From Eledone cirrhosa (taxonomy: Eukaryota), in assembly GCA_964016885.1 (NCBI GenBank), contig OZ024744.1, positions 101,246,001-101,310,000 on the forward strand: DNA of 64,000 nucleotides, read 5' to 3'. The notes under the pieces are model-generated. The model saw nothing but the letters and a program-made list of their open reading frames with translations, was not told where the DNA came from and did no database searches. The translations under genes and the position numbers were made by a program. This document shows, one piece after another, positions 11,359-23,464 of this stretch (its first letter is position 1; every line of letters starts with the position of its first letter).

Positions 11359-14047
11359 TGAACGCAACGAATGAAATTTGCAACAGCTGCGTAAACAGCA
11401 ATAACACTAACCATGTTAGGGCTGTGCACGGTAGTGGGGTGGCTAGTGAGGCCATGTGTGAGAACCCCCCGACCGTCATCAAGCAATCGCACAACAGGAA
11501 AAAGAACAAGATGTCACATCTCAGAGTTGCCACATTTAATGTTGGCACTCTCACAAGTAGATCTGGTGGAATAGTGGAGATGCTGGAGAGAAGGCATGTG
11601 GATGTGTGCTGTGTGAAATAGGTGAGATAGAGAGGTGCCTCTGCAAGACTAATAACAGGCAAACATCGTAGTTATAAGCTTTTCTGGGTGGGTAATGATG
11701 CTGGGTTAGGTGGGGTAGGCATATTACTGGCTGAGAGATGGATCAATAAGACAATAGAGGTAGTTAGAGTTAGTAATAGAATAATTAAGCTTAGATTAGT
11801 TGTAGGCAGGAGACTACTGACAATCATGTCTCCCTATGCTCCCCAGGCAGGCCTAGGTAAAGAAGAGAAAGACTGCTTTTACGAGCAACTTTTACAAACA
11901 GCCTCAATGACAGAGGACAGACATTGTTATGCTAGTGGGGGACTTCAATGGACATGTTGGACAGCTCCAGGATGGATACACTGGGGTACATGGTGGGCAC
12001 GGTTACGACTGAAGGGATGAGGCTTCTTGAATTTTGTGATGCAAATGCACTAACCATTTGCAACACTAACTTCCAGAAGCCTACCAACCACCTAATAATC
12101 TACAAATCGAGCGAGCACATAAGCCAGATTGACTTCCTGCTAGTTAGACAACGAGACAGACAAATGGTGTCAAACACTAAGGCATACCTCGGAGAAGAAT
12201 GTACCCCCACAGCATAGGTTAGTCGTTAGTGACATCTCAGTAAGCATGAGAAAGAATGAGACATACAGGAAGGTGTGGAAAAGAAAGGTCTGGAAACTAA
12301 AAGACTTTTCATTAAAATATAAATTTAGCAAAGCCCTTCAAGACATGTATGACGAAAAAGAAGACGATTTAGAGTTGTACGACATAGATAACTGGAATTT
12401 CTTACGTAACAACTTACTGCAGGCTACTGAAGAAACTTGTGATTGGGGCAGAGCTTCAACCAGACAGAGAGTGACCTGGTGGTGGAACAGCATGGTAGAT
12501 AGGGCCATTAGAGATAAAAGACTGGCATGGAAGGCTTGGAAAAATGGTGGGAGTAGGGAAGGATACACAGCCGCTAAGAGAGAAGCTAGACATCAGGTGT
12601 ACTTAGCACACAGGGAGGCTGAGAGTAGGAGGTTTGCGAATGTTCTGCGACAGGAAGATCAGAGACGTGTGGTGTTCCACATTGCAAGGCAGTGTGTCAG
12701 TGCAAATCAGGATGTTGTTGGAGATAAGTGTGTCCGGAATGATACCGGTGTACTTAGTTTCACGAATGATCAAAAAAAGGAGGCCTGGAAATGTCATTAT
12801 GAGAGACTGATGAATGTGGAGAACGATGGGACAGCGAGAAATTACCCCCAGTAGACCCAACAGAGGGACCAGCTATTGAGATTGACGAATATAGGGTACA
12901 AGAGGCAATTAAAGAAATAAAGAATGGTAAGGCTGCTGGACCGTCGGGGATAGTTGCTGAGATGCTGAAGGCATCAGGAGAAGTAGGCACTAAACTGGTT
13001 GCATGCATCATTAATCAAGCTATATATGGTGGTGTCATACCCAAAGACTGGTGCAGCAGCATTCTCATAAATTGCTACAAAGGTAAAGGGGATGCTCTGG
13101 AGAGGAGCAATTATAGGGGCATAAAGCTGATGGATCAGGTTATGAAAGTGGCAGAAAGAATATTAGCACAACTGATTAGAGAAAGGGTCAAATTAGATGA
13201 GATGCAGTTTGGTTTTGTGCCCCGGAAAAGTACAGATGCCCTCTTCTTAGTGAGGCAACTACAAGAGAAGTTCTTAGAGAAGAATAAGCCACTATATTTA
13301 GCTTTTGTTGACCTAGAGAAGGCCTTTGATAGAGTATCCCGATCTGTCATCTGGTGGTCCCCAAAGAAACTAGGTGTAGAGCACAGGTTCTCAACCCATT
13401 TAGGCCAAACGCCCCCTTTTGTCCCTCAAATCACGAAACGCCCCCCTACCCTATTTTTCCATTTTTCAATATACTACTGATTTTGATATCTGTAGATTAC
13501 TCAAAAATTGATTAACAATATTCCAAAGATACCATTGCAGGCAGCTGAGAGTATAAATACAGTCCTTGAAAGGAAATATATAAATTTCAAAAAAAGGAAC
13601 ATAAATGTTCTTTTTTTATGAATAAGGACCAGTTGAATTTGTTATATTCCCACCAGGCGATACCAACTATTTTGAACATTTATACAAGAGCAACTCTGTC
13701 TATCCAAAGAGTGCTCTTATCTGGAAGAAAGTGGCAATTATATCATTTCAAAGCTTTCCAATTTTCCCTTTAATGAAACAGACAGAATAAATGTTGATAT
13801 CTAACTTGATGTCCCCTCTGCTTTGTGAGCTTAGAGACCACGGAAGAGGGTTTTCATGACCACGCGGGAGGGTATATTTATTAGTAAATGGTAAAATATA
13901 TACAACAAATGAGTAATTGAATTGTAGTAGATGGTTTCCAGTCCAGTCAGACTGCAACTACAAATATAAAAAATTGTTAGTTTGCTTTGTAACAATAGCA
14001 TATCTAAGTTTTCGGATAAATCAACTTACTTTAACTTTGACCTCATT

Positions 14048-15078
14048 TCAATGGGACCCTTGAACTTTATGGAGTCTAGCTAACTCTTTGACGTCAGGCT
14101 GGATTTTTCGTAAGATGTAGCCGGAGATCTCCACATGTAATTACATTGTAGAGGTTGTGAGCCTTACTGTGCAGTCTGGAAACAGCACCAAATCTCCTCT
14201 TGACTAAGTATGAGCTTGGAAAAGGCAGAGCAAATCTCTTAGCCTCTGCATGTAGGTGTGGAAATCAACGCTGAATTTCCTCTTGCATCCAAAAAAGGGG
14301 TTCACCTATTTTGGGAAATATAATTTTGATCATGTCATCTGCTTGAAGTTCAATGAATTCTTCCTGAAATATAACGTCCAAATCATTGACGTTAGCTGTG
14401 AAGGGATCTGCTACCCACATCGAGATGTCCATCGGCAAAAGGTCGACAAACCGTTCTCTCATGTTGTCTTGTACCGCACGGAGGTGAGCGGTATAAATTT
14501 GGAGTTGGTCATTGCTTACAATGTTTTGAACATTGGCGACACTAGGAAAATTATAGAATTCCCATCAACAAAGATTCCTTTCGATGACATTCAATTTGGC
14601 CAGGAATGTTTTCACAGCATTCCTTGCTTTAAGCAAGGTGATCTTCTTCCCCTGCAAAGCCAAAATGACGCTATTGCATTTGTCGACGATGTCAGTGAGG
14701 TAGGCGCAGTTTTGCTTCACATTGAGGGTTTTCTTGTACAGTTCTGTGTTGCGAAAGAAGTGAGTAAGGCACTTGCCCTTTGAAAGCCACCTCACTTCAT
14801 TATGAAGGAGCAACTTGACGAATTCTTCGTCATTATCTTGGCACAGTTGCCGGAAAATTTGTTCATTGAGGGAATGCCGTTTGATAAAATTGATGACATC
14901 AAGGGCCACCTGCAAGGACTTGCTCAGTGGCTTGCTGAGTTTCTTCACAGCCAAGTGTTGTTGATGAATGACACAATGAACAACAAATACAGATAGATTT
15001 TCTCTCTTCAGAAGAGTGACGAAACCCTTATGTTGGCTAATCATTGCTCTAGTGTCGTCCGTAGCACATGATACAATG
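14048..15078 (-). pseudogene. Frameshifted Buster/ZBED5-like hAT transposase (catalytic and C-terminal part)
   Basis: HCVIHQQHL, LLLHNEVRWLSKG, WVADPF, FPSSYL..., GDLRLHLT...QGSH* motifs. Confidence 0.85.
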
Positions 15079-15525
15079 TGTGTTGTATTTAGTCCTAGAT
15101 GTATGTATTACCTGCCTGTGTGTTGTAGGTAGTCCTAGATGTATGTATTACCTGCTTATGTATTGCATGTGGTCCTAGATGTATGTATTACCTGATTATG
15201 TGTTGTATGTGGTCCTAGATGTTTGTATTACCTGATTATGTGTTGTATGTGGTCCTAGATGTTTGTATTACCTGCTTATGTGTTGGATGTGGTCCTAAAT
15301 GTATGTATTACTTGCCTGTGTGTTTTGTGTGGTCCTAGATGTGTGTGCTACCTCCTTACGTGTTGCATGTGGTCCTAGATGTGTGTATTACCTGCTGATG
15401 TGTTGTATGTGGTCCTAGATGCGTATATTACCTGCTTATGTGTTGTATGTGGTCCTAGATGTGTGTATTATCAGATTATGTGTTGTATGTGGTCCTAGAT
15501 GTGTGTGCTACCCGCTTCTGTGTTT
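15077..15525. repeat. 40-bp-unit minisatellite (~11 copies) inside the hAT element
   Basis: Unit gtgttgtatgtggtcctagatgtgtgtattacctgcttat. Confidence 0.93.
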
Positions 15526-17169
15526 TTTTAATTTTTTTTTTTATTTGTAATATTATTTATACAATAGGAAATAAAATAGATCTACATAGTGTTAACTCGT
15601 TACGGTTGAGTCAATAATTTCAGACATGAAATACATTGTTATCGGTGAAGGAAAGACAAGATTCTAAGTGGCTGCGATTGAAGTGTCCTTGACCCAGTTG
15701 ACTGGGTTTTTCCATTGTTAGGATCTCAATTGCCGGTTAATGTGTAAATGTGCCTGCACACCTGCTCACAGCTGCAGTTAGACCATAGTTATGCTGTCTG
15801 TATGCTCATTCAAATGCATTCACACTGGCTGTCTCAAAGACATACAAATATGGCTTATAAAACTTACCAAAGTAAAGAGCCTTCCAGTGCACTCCAAAGC
15901 TCCAAACGCCCCCCCCCCCCCCTAATGCCCCCTTGCTCCCAAACGCCTCCCTGGAGTTCCGAAACACCCCCTGGCGGTGCATATGCCTCCCCGTTGAGAA
16001 CCTTTGGTGTAGAGAAATGGCTTGTGAGTACAGTGCAAGCTGTGTACAGGGGTGCTGTCAGTAAAGTGAGAGTAGGAATGGAGTTTAGTGTGGAATTCCA
16101 GATACAAGTAGGTGTACATCAGGGTTCAGTCCTCAGCCCGCTCTTGTTCATTATAGTCCGCCAAGCCATAATAGAGGAGTTTAAGACTGGATGCCCATGG
16201 GAACTTCTCTATGCTGATGATCTGGTTCTTATAGCAGAATCAGTAGAGGAGCTAGAGAATAAATTCTGGCTATGGAAACACCAGTTGGAATCAAGAGGTC
16301 TGAGAATGAACATAGCTAAGACAAAAGCGTTGCTAAGTAGAAGAGAGGACAAAACTATGATTCCGTCAGGGAAATGGCCATGTTCGATATGTAGAAAAAG
16401 AACTGGCATAAATTCTATAAAATGTACACAATGCAGATCTTGGCTACACAAGAGATGTAGTGGGATAGCAGGCAAACTAACAGGTATGAGTTCTATAGAA
16501 GTGATTGGTAGCTTCCGCTACCTAGGTGATCAGATTAGCTTGGGAGGGGCGTGTTCCAAGGCCATAGTATCTAGAATAAGGACGGGTTGGAAGAAGTTTA
16601 GGTAGCTGCTTCCTCTGTTGACAAAGAATGGTTTCTCTCTGCGTACAAAAGGACGGTTATATGATGCCTGTGTGAGATGCGCAATGTTGCATGGTAGTGA
16701 GACAGGGGCAGCAACTGCACAGGATATGCGACGGCTGGAGAGAAATGAAGCAAGCATGCTCCGTTGGATGTGCAATGTCAAAGTGCGTGAACAACCAAGC
16801 ATGGATGTGTTGAGAGAGAAACTGGGTATAAGAGGGATAAGTTGTGGTGTGCAGGAGAGAAGACTATGGTGGTATGGACATGTGATGCGCATGGAGGATG
16901 ACCGCTGGGTAAAGAAGTGCCAAGAAATCCCAGTAGAGTAAGACCACGAAAAACATGGGCAGAGGTGGTGAGTGCAGACCTCAGACCGCTGAAGCTCACG
17001 GAGGAGATGATGAAGGACCGTGACAAGTGGATAGATGTTGTGCTGAATAGGACCCGTCCCACCCTTGCATGCAGGGAAAAGCGGACGTAAAATGATGATG
17101 ATGATAATATATATATATAGAATTATATTATATTATATATATATGTATAATATATATTACATATATATA

Positions 17170-17999
17170 CAGGGTGCGGACGATATCTGTTCACAAGATT
17201 ACTGTCTAGGAAAAAATAACACAGTAGTTTTATTTTTTTAAGATATATTTGGGTCAGTTTGTCTACATGACTTGTTCTTTCGATCTCAATCGATAAACCC
17301 GCCATTGGCTTTGATGATGGCCTTGGAACCGGCTACAGGCCTTTGTTACTGTCCCCCGACTAAGGCCCCTAAAGGCACTTGTGATCCTGGCCTTCAGATC
17401 GTCTTTCGTATTGCAGCTAGATCTGTTGGTGTCTTGTTCCACTGCGCCCCACACAAAGAAGTCGAGGGGGTTGCAGTCAGGCGAGCTGGGAGGCCAGATG
17501 TCAGGTGAAGTGTGGTCGACGAAGTTCTCTGACAGCCAGGCTTGGGTCTTTCGGCTGGTATGGCAGGGCGCTGAGTCTTGCAGCCACACGTACGGCCTAT
17601 CTGCAGCTAGCTGGTCGATCCAGGGCTTTACTACCTCGCTCAGAACGCGGATGTAGCCATCGGTGTTCAGCTTGAGGCCCTCAGGGAAGAAGTGAGGTGG
17701 CATGACGTCACCTTGACTGCTGACGACACCTAAGACCAATGTTGTCACTGGAAACTTTGTCTGCATGAGCCTGTTGTTCTGGGAGTTGATCTTCTGGTCT
17801 TATTCATCCTCCCGGCGCGGATTCCAATAATCTCTTCCACAAATTTGGAGGTTCAAAATTATTCATAATCAATTATTCTGAAAATAAATACTGGAAATAT
17901 AGTCACTGTTTTTATGAAGACAACAGTGACAACGGAAGTAAAAAAAATTTGCATAAAATTAACAGTTGAAAATTGCGAACAAAAATCGTCCGCACTCTG
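17170..17999 (-). mobile_element. Tc1/mariner superfamily, DD37D (maT) element, internally deleted
   Basis: TIRs cagggtgcggacgat / atcgtccgcactctg flanked by TA; ORF 17263-17766 has QDSAPCH...WPPSSPDCNPLD with 37 residues between the Asps. Confidence 0.9.
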
Positions 18000-18006
18000 T
18001 ATATAT

Positions 18007-19033
18007 ATCATCATCATCATCATCACCGTTTTACGTCCGTTCTTCCACGCTAGCATGGGTTAGACGGGTTGTCCTGTTGTGGGCAGTGTCTGGTCGGCTG
18101 ACCATGCCTTGCTCATACAGGAACTGATTTGGCTTGATTTCTACAGCTGGATGCCCTTCCTAACACCAACCTCATTTACAGTGAGTGCTGGGTGCTTTTT
18201 CGTGGCGCCTACACGTCCACTTTAGAGTGTGGGCTGGGTGCTTTTTTGCCGTGGCACCTCCATGACCACCTTGCAGTGGGAGGGTGTGGGGGCATATTGT
18301 CTATATGCTTCAGCATGTACCCATGGGAGGTCGGGTACTCTGTATTACTGCGTGATGCCAGAGGTCACGGTCGTGTGTCATTGTCTTTAAGCGGTGTAAT
18401 TGGGTAAGTTCCTACCTACATCTTTCCTACATACTGAGCAAGGCCATTTCCCTGAGGGGATCTGGGTTCTGTTTTCTCGTCTACTTACAAGGACCTTAGT
18501 CTTTGTCATGTTGACTTTGAGACCCTTTCTCTCTAGTCCCTGCTTCCAGGTTTGGAATTTATTCTCTAGTTCTACCATAGATTCAGCTATGAGTGCGAGG
18601 TCATCAGCATACAGGAGTTCCCATGGGCATCCGGTCTTAAACTCCTCCGTTATTGCCTGCAGGACTATGATGAACAGGAGAGGGCTAAGAACAGAGCCCT
18701 GGTGGACCCCAACCTGTACGCTAAATTCCTCGCTATACTCATTGCTAATCCTAACTTTGCTGACTGCTCCCCTATACATGGCTTGTACCACTTTCACAAG
18801 CCATTCATCTACTCCTAGTTTTCTAAGAGCCCACCAGATTACAGCACGTGGAACTCTGTCAAAGGCTTTCTCAAGGTCGACAAATGCCAGGTAGAGTGGC
18901 TTACTTTTGGCTAGGTACTTTTCCTGTAATTGCCTCACAAGGAAGAGGGCATCAGTGGTGCCTCTTCCTGGTACAAACCCAAATTGCATCTCGTCTATAT
19001 TCACCCGGTCCCTAATCAGCTGTGCTATAACTC
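18007..19033 (-). mobile_element. 5'-truncated RTE LINE with large internal deletion (PHD fused to last codons)
   Basis: RT QFGFVPGRGTTD...YADD...GKWPCSVCRK joined at ~18405 to LTQLH..TMTHDRDLW, then 3'UTR and tail. Confidence 0.88.
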
Positions 19034-19145
19034 TATATATATAATATATATACATTATATATATATATATATATGTATAATATATATATATTATATATAT
19101 GTGTATAATATATATATACATATATATACATTATATATATATGTG

Positions 19146-20613
19146 TCATTCCCCTGTTCAAAAAGGTCGACCGCATGTCACCTGTCAACTATAGTCCAGT
19201 CAGTCTTACTAGCTGTATTGCCAAACTGATGGAATCCTGTGTCAGAGAAACACTTTGGTACTTCTGGAGCTCTCACAGCCTCATCCGACCCTCGCACTTT
19301 GGATTTATCCCTAACTCCAGCTGCTGTGATCAGCTTATCGAGTTCCTTGAAGACATTACTCAGATCACTGACAGCGGCTCATGGTTGGATGTTGTTTACC
19401 TTGACTTTGCTAAGGCTTTTAATTCTGTGCCACACAAAAGACTTGTGGCAAAACTCTCTGCAATGGGTGTGAGGGATGATCTTTTTAACTGGTTGAAGTC
19501 CTTCATTCTCAGCCGAAAAGAGGTAGTCACGGTTCTAGGACAGCATTCATATGAGATGTCATCTGGTGTACCACAGGGATCTGTTCTTGGTCCCTTTTGT
19601 TTGTGGCATATATTAATGACATAGATGCCAACTTAAAGAATGCCACGGTACTGAAATATGCAGATGACATCAAGCTGTACCTTGAAATCAAAAGGGCTGA
19701 TCCTGAAATCTACAACTCTTTCCTACAATCAGACCTGGACACAATGCAGCAATGGATCACAGACTGGCAACTGAAGTTGGCTGTGGACAAGTGTACCACC
19801 ATGCATTTTGGGAGGAAAAATCCAGCGTCCACATACTCCCTCCACAACACTGATATCAAGAAGTCCTCTTGTGAACGTGACCTGGGCATTACTGTCAGCA
19901 GCGATTTGCGTTGGACAAAGCATGTCTCTAAGATTGTCAAGAAGGCTGAGGGTGTCTTGGCATCACTCAGCAAGACCTTTGTTAGCCGCTCTCCAGCCAT
20001 CTATATACAGCTATAGTACGACCACACTTGGAATTCGCATCATCAGTCTGGAACCCCTATCTTGCTCAGAACATTGACCTCCTGGAAACTATTCAGAGAT
20101 GTGCAACCAAGCGCATACCCTCCATCAGACACCTACCATACTCTGAACGCCTTGCTTCCCTGGGCATGGATTCATTGAAGCTCCGACATCTGGCAATGGG
20201 CTTGGTAAACACCCACAAAGTTATTAACCATTTCGCCAACAACAACCCTGAGCACCTTTTTGATCTCCATGTGTCTAATACACGTGGACATGACTAAAAA
20301 ATCAGAAAACAGCACAGCTCCCATGACTTTCGTAAACATTTTTTCACGCTCAGAGTTGCTGAAGCATGGAACAAACTGCCTGCGTCAATTGTTAGCTGCC
20401 GAGACACTGCATCCTTTAAAACCCTCATGCTTCCCGAAATTTGCCAAAACTACACCTGATGTCCCCCTTCCATACACATGCACACATGTGTATATCATGA
20501 CTCGTGCACTGTTCATTTTCCTGATGTTTGTACATTACCCTATGTACTATACATACACTTTTTGATGAGTTGTAGTGCACCTGGGCACTGTACACAATAT
20601 TTCATTATTATTA
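19146..20613 (+). mobile_element. 5'-truncated CR1-clade LINE (RT + C-terminus, (ATT)n tail)
   Basis: PVSLTSCIAKLME, YLDFAKAFNSVPH, SGVPQGSVLGP, YADDIKLY, ERDLGI, LEFASSVWNPY, TRGH, WNKLP; frameshifts and stops. Confidence 0.9.
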
Positions 20614-20621
20614 TATATATT

Positions 20622-20797
20622 GGCAGTATTGGTAGAGGGTCTGACACCATCTTTCCAGCATAGTTACGTCCCTTTACGGTCTGAGTTCAAATCCCGCCGA
20701 GGTTAATTTTGCCTTTCATCCTTATGGGGTCGATAAAATAAAGTACCAGTAATACACTGGGTAATTGCTAGTCTTGTGCCAAAAGTAGAAACAATTA
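20622..20797 (+). mobile_element. SINE family A (tRNA-like head, gcctttcatcc...gtcgataaaataaagtaccagt core)
   Basis: B-box-like gagttcaaatccc; related copies at 27437, 31060 and 44622. Confidence 0.8.
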
Positions 20798-20831
20798 TAT
20801 ATATATTATATATTATACATAGATATATATA

Positions 20832-20912
<81 letters not shown>

Positions 20913-21108
20913 TATATATATATATACATTATATATATATATATATACATTATATATATATATATATACATTATATATATATATATACATTATATATATA
21001 CATTATATATATATATATACATTATATATATATATATACATTATATATATATATATACATTATATATATATATATACATTATATATATACATTATATATA
21101 TACATTAT

Positions 21109-21139
<31 letters not shown>

Positions 21140-21315
21140 CATTATATATATATATATAAATATATATATATATATGCATTATATATATATGTATAATATA
21201 TATATATATATTACATTATATATATATGTATAATATATATATATATATTACATCATATATATGTATAATATATTATACGTAGATATATATATATAATATA
21301 TATATTATATATTAT
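20798..21315. repeat. ~500-bp (TA)n array with periodic CAT interruptions
   Basis: Direct reading. Confidence 0.95.
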
Positions 21316-21497
21316 AGTCTACACTGTAAATGTGGTCAGTGTTAGGAAGGGCATCCAGCTGTAAAAAAACTTGTCACAGACACTTCCGTGCGCGCGTGAT
21401 GCGGTCTCCCGACCATTGCTGCATCAAATGGAACAAAACCGTCTAACCCATGGTAGCATGGAAGATGGACGTTAAACGATGGTGATCATGATGACGA
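21316..21497 (+). mobile_element. RTE-type 3'UTR/tail fragment
   Basis: acactgtaaatgtgg...ttaggaagggcatccagctgt...cccatggtagcatgg...ggacgttaaacgat. Confidence 0.8.
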
Positions 21498-21568
21498 TAT
21501 ATATATGTATATATATATATATATATACACATATATATATATATGTATATATATATACATATATATAA

Positions 21569-21903
21569 TGGAGGCACATGGCTTAGTGGTTAGAGCATTG
21601 GCCTTGCAATCGAAAGGTTGTGAGTTCAATTCTCAGACTGGGTGATGTTGTTTCCTTGAGCAAGACACTTTATTTCACATTGCTCCAGTTTACTCAGCTG
21701 TAGAAATGAGATGATAGGGACTGGGGCTCATATCATTCCACTGCAAAGTGGCCGTGGAGGTGCCACGGCAAAAAAGCACCCAGCACTCACTGTAAATGAG
21801 GTTGGTGTTAGGAAGGGCATCCAGCTGTAGAAATCAAGCCAGAATCAGTTCCTGTCCCACCCTTGCAAGCAGGGAAAAGCGGACGTAAAATGATGATGAT
21901 GAT
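21569..21903 (+). mobile_element. tRNA-headed SINE (family B head) with RTE-derived 3' modules
   Basis: A box tggcttagtggt, B box gagttcaattc, body tccttgagcaagacactt; 3' part matches RTE 3'UTRs in this window. Confidence 0.82.
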
Positions 21904-22409
21904 GTATATATATATATATATATATAAGTCTACCTACTTCTAAGTTCTTACAAAAGATTGATGGAAAGAGAATTATTAGGACTATGCAGGACACTATTTT
22001 CTGTTGTCATCAACATCAACTGTGGCAGATTTTTTTTCTTTTTATCCTGCAACAAGTCTTTTTAAACATCAAGTTTTATTTTCATTATAATCCTTTTTAT
22101 GGGTTCTCTTCACACAACTGCCTTCACTTCCACTTGGTGGCTTTTTCCTAGACTTCTTGAGGAAGAGTAATGTACTATACTGTATGAACTTTCATGTAAA
22201 TCCAACAATAATAACAATGAACAATTATCTACAACAAATATATTGTAAAATACTTCTTATAGTTTTATTACAATTGTATAAATTTACACTAAAATAACAT
22301 TGCAAATATGTTTTAAATATATACATAAATAACATTACAAATGCTTAAATAACATTTATAAATTGCTCACAATTTGTTCAGAAGGACATTACAAATATAA
22401 TGTCTAAAC

Positions 22410-22640
22410 CAGGCATGTCAAACATCCAGCCCTTTACAAGCACACCTGTGGCCCGCATAAAGATTTTTACAGCACGAGCATGTTTTATCTTTGTAATATA
22501 AAATGAAAAAATTAGTTGTAATGTATGCAATTAGTTGTCATGTGTGGCCCTCGGACAACACGTGTGTGACTCATGTGGCCCTCGGACAACACATATGTGA
22601 CTCATGTGGTCCTCGGGGGACCTTCAGTTTGACATGCCTG
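22410..22640. mobile_element. hAT (Charlie-type) MITE, 231 bp
   Basis: TIRs caggcatgtcaaac / gtttgacatgcctg; exact 8-bp TSD gtctaaac. Confidence 0.9.
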
Positions 22641-22702
22641 GTCTAAACCATGTATAAAAATATAATAATATAAATTCATTGAACAAAAATGATAATCGGA
22701 GG

Positions 22703-22846
22703 GAAGTAAAGCGGTTAAACCAGTGTTCTAAATAGCTTGCCAAGTCATGCTGACAGGAAATGGTATAGAGTATCGATACTCTATACCATTTCCTGTCAGC
22801 ATGACTTGGCAAGCTATTTAGAACACTGGTTTAACCGCTTTACTTC
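22703..22846. repeat. Perfect 144-bp palindrome (72-bp arms, no spacer)
   Basis: gaagtaaagcgg...gagtatc|gatactc...ccgctttacttc; centre between 22774 and 22775. Confidence 0.95.
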
Positions 22847-22902
22847 ATTCCGAATAAGAGATATTATCTCAAAAATTAAAGACATTTAAATAAATGTAAG
22901 GT

Positions 22903-23078
22903 AAAATGAAAAAATTAGTTGTCTTGTGTGGCCCTCAGACAACACATATGTGACTCATGTGGCCCTCAGACAACACACATGTGACTCATGTGGCCCTCGG
23001 GGACCATCAGTTTGACATTCCTGGTCTAAACCATGTATAAAAATATAATAATATAAATTCATTGAACAAAAATGATAA
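22903..23078 (+). repeat. Diverged direct duplication of ~22500-22695 (MITE right half + flank)
   Basis: Repeats aaaatgaaaaaattagttgt...gtctaaaccatgtataaaaat...gaacaaaaatgataa with several substitutions. Confidence 0.9.
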
Positions 23079-23464
23079 AGGAAAGAAGAAAGAAGGGAAA
23101 AGGGTGGGGCAATTCACCACCGAGTGTGATAATTGACCGCACCTCACACCTTAGAGTATAACTACACAGTTTGAGGCAAGCCAATACGCTGGCAGCATTA
23201 CCATGGGTAGCACCAGGAAAAGACAGTTTTGTGGGAGTAAAACATTGTTGTGGTCATTTTCCTGGGGTCATATGGATGGAGGGGTTGAGGTGGAAGGACT
23301 GATGATGACAGTCAAAGGGTTGTAGTGGAACAGATTAAGTTTTGTTTAAACCAAATTCTTGAAATTTAGTTTTTTCTTGTTTTTATTTTCAACCTGGATA
23401 AAAATATAACTTGCTATTATATAACTGAAACCATGAAATAAATATAGTTATATAGTAAATAAAT

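Larger units (their letters stand above)
13382..16006 (-). mobile_element. hAT (Buster/Charlie group) DNA transposon, internally deleted
   Basis: TIRs cacaggttctcaac / gttgagaacctttg; exact 8-bp TSD gtgtagag at 13374-13381 and 16007-16014 with central TA; transposase remnants inside. Confidence 0.93.
11359..17106 (+). mobile_element. Near full-length decayed RTE LINE (second subfamily), split by a hAT insertion at 13382-16006
   Basis: EN (ATFNVGTL, PYAPQ, SQIDFLL); RT breaks at KKLGVE (13381) and resumes at GVEKWLVSTVQ (16007); PHD CSIC..CTQC.SWLHKRC; short 3' end with GAT tail. Confidence 0.92.

Noticed and set aside
21569-21645. tRNA gene
   Set aside because: A/B boxes are present but no clean cloverleaf, and it runs into a repeated SINE body.
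23102-23142. Helitron 3' hairpin or TIR
   Set aside because: Short imperfect inverted repeat with no CTRR end or partner terminus found.
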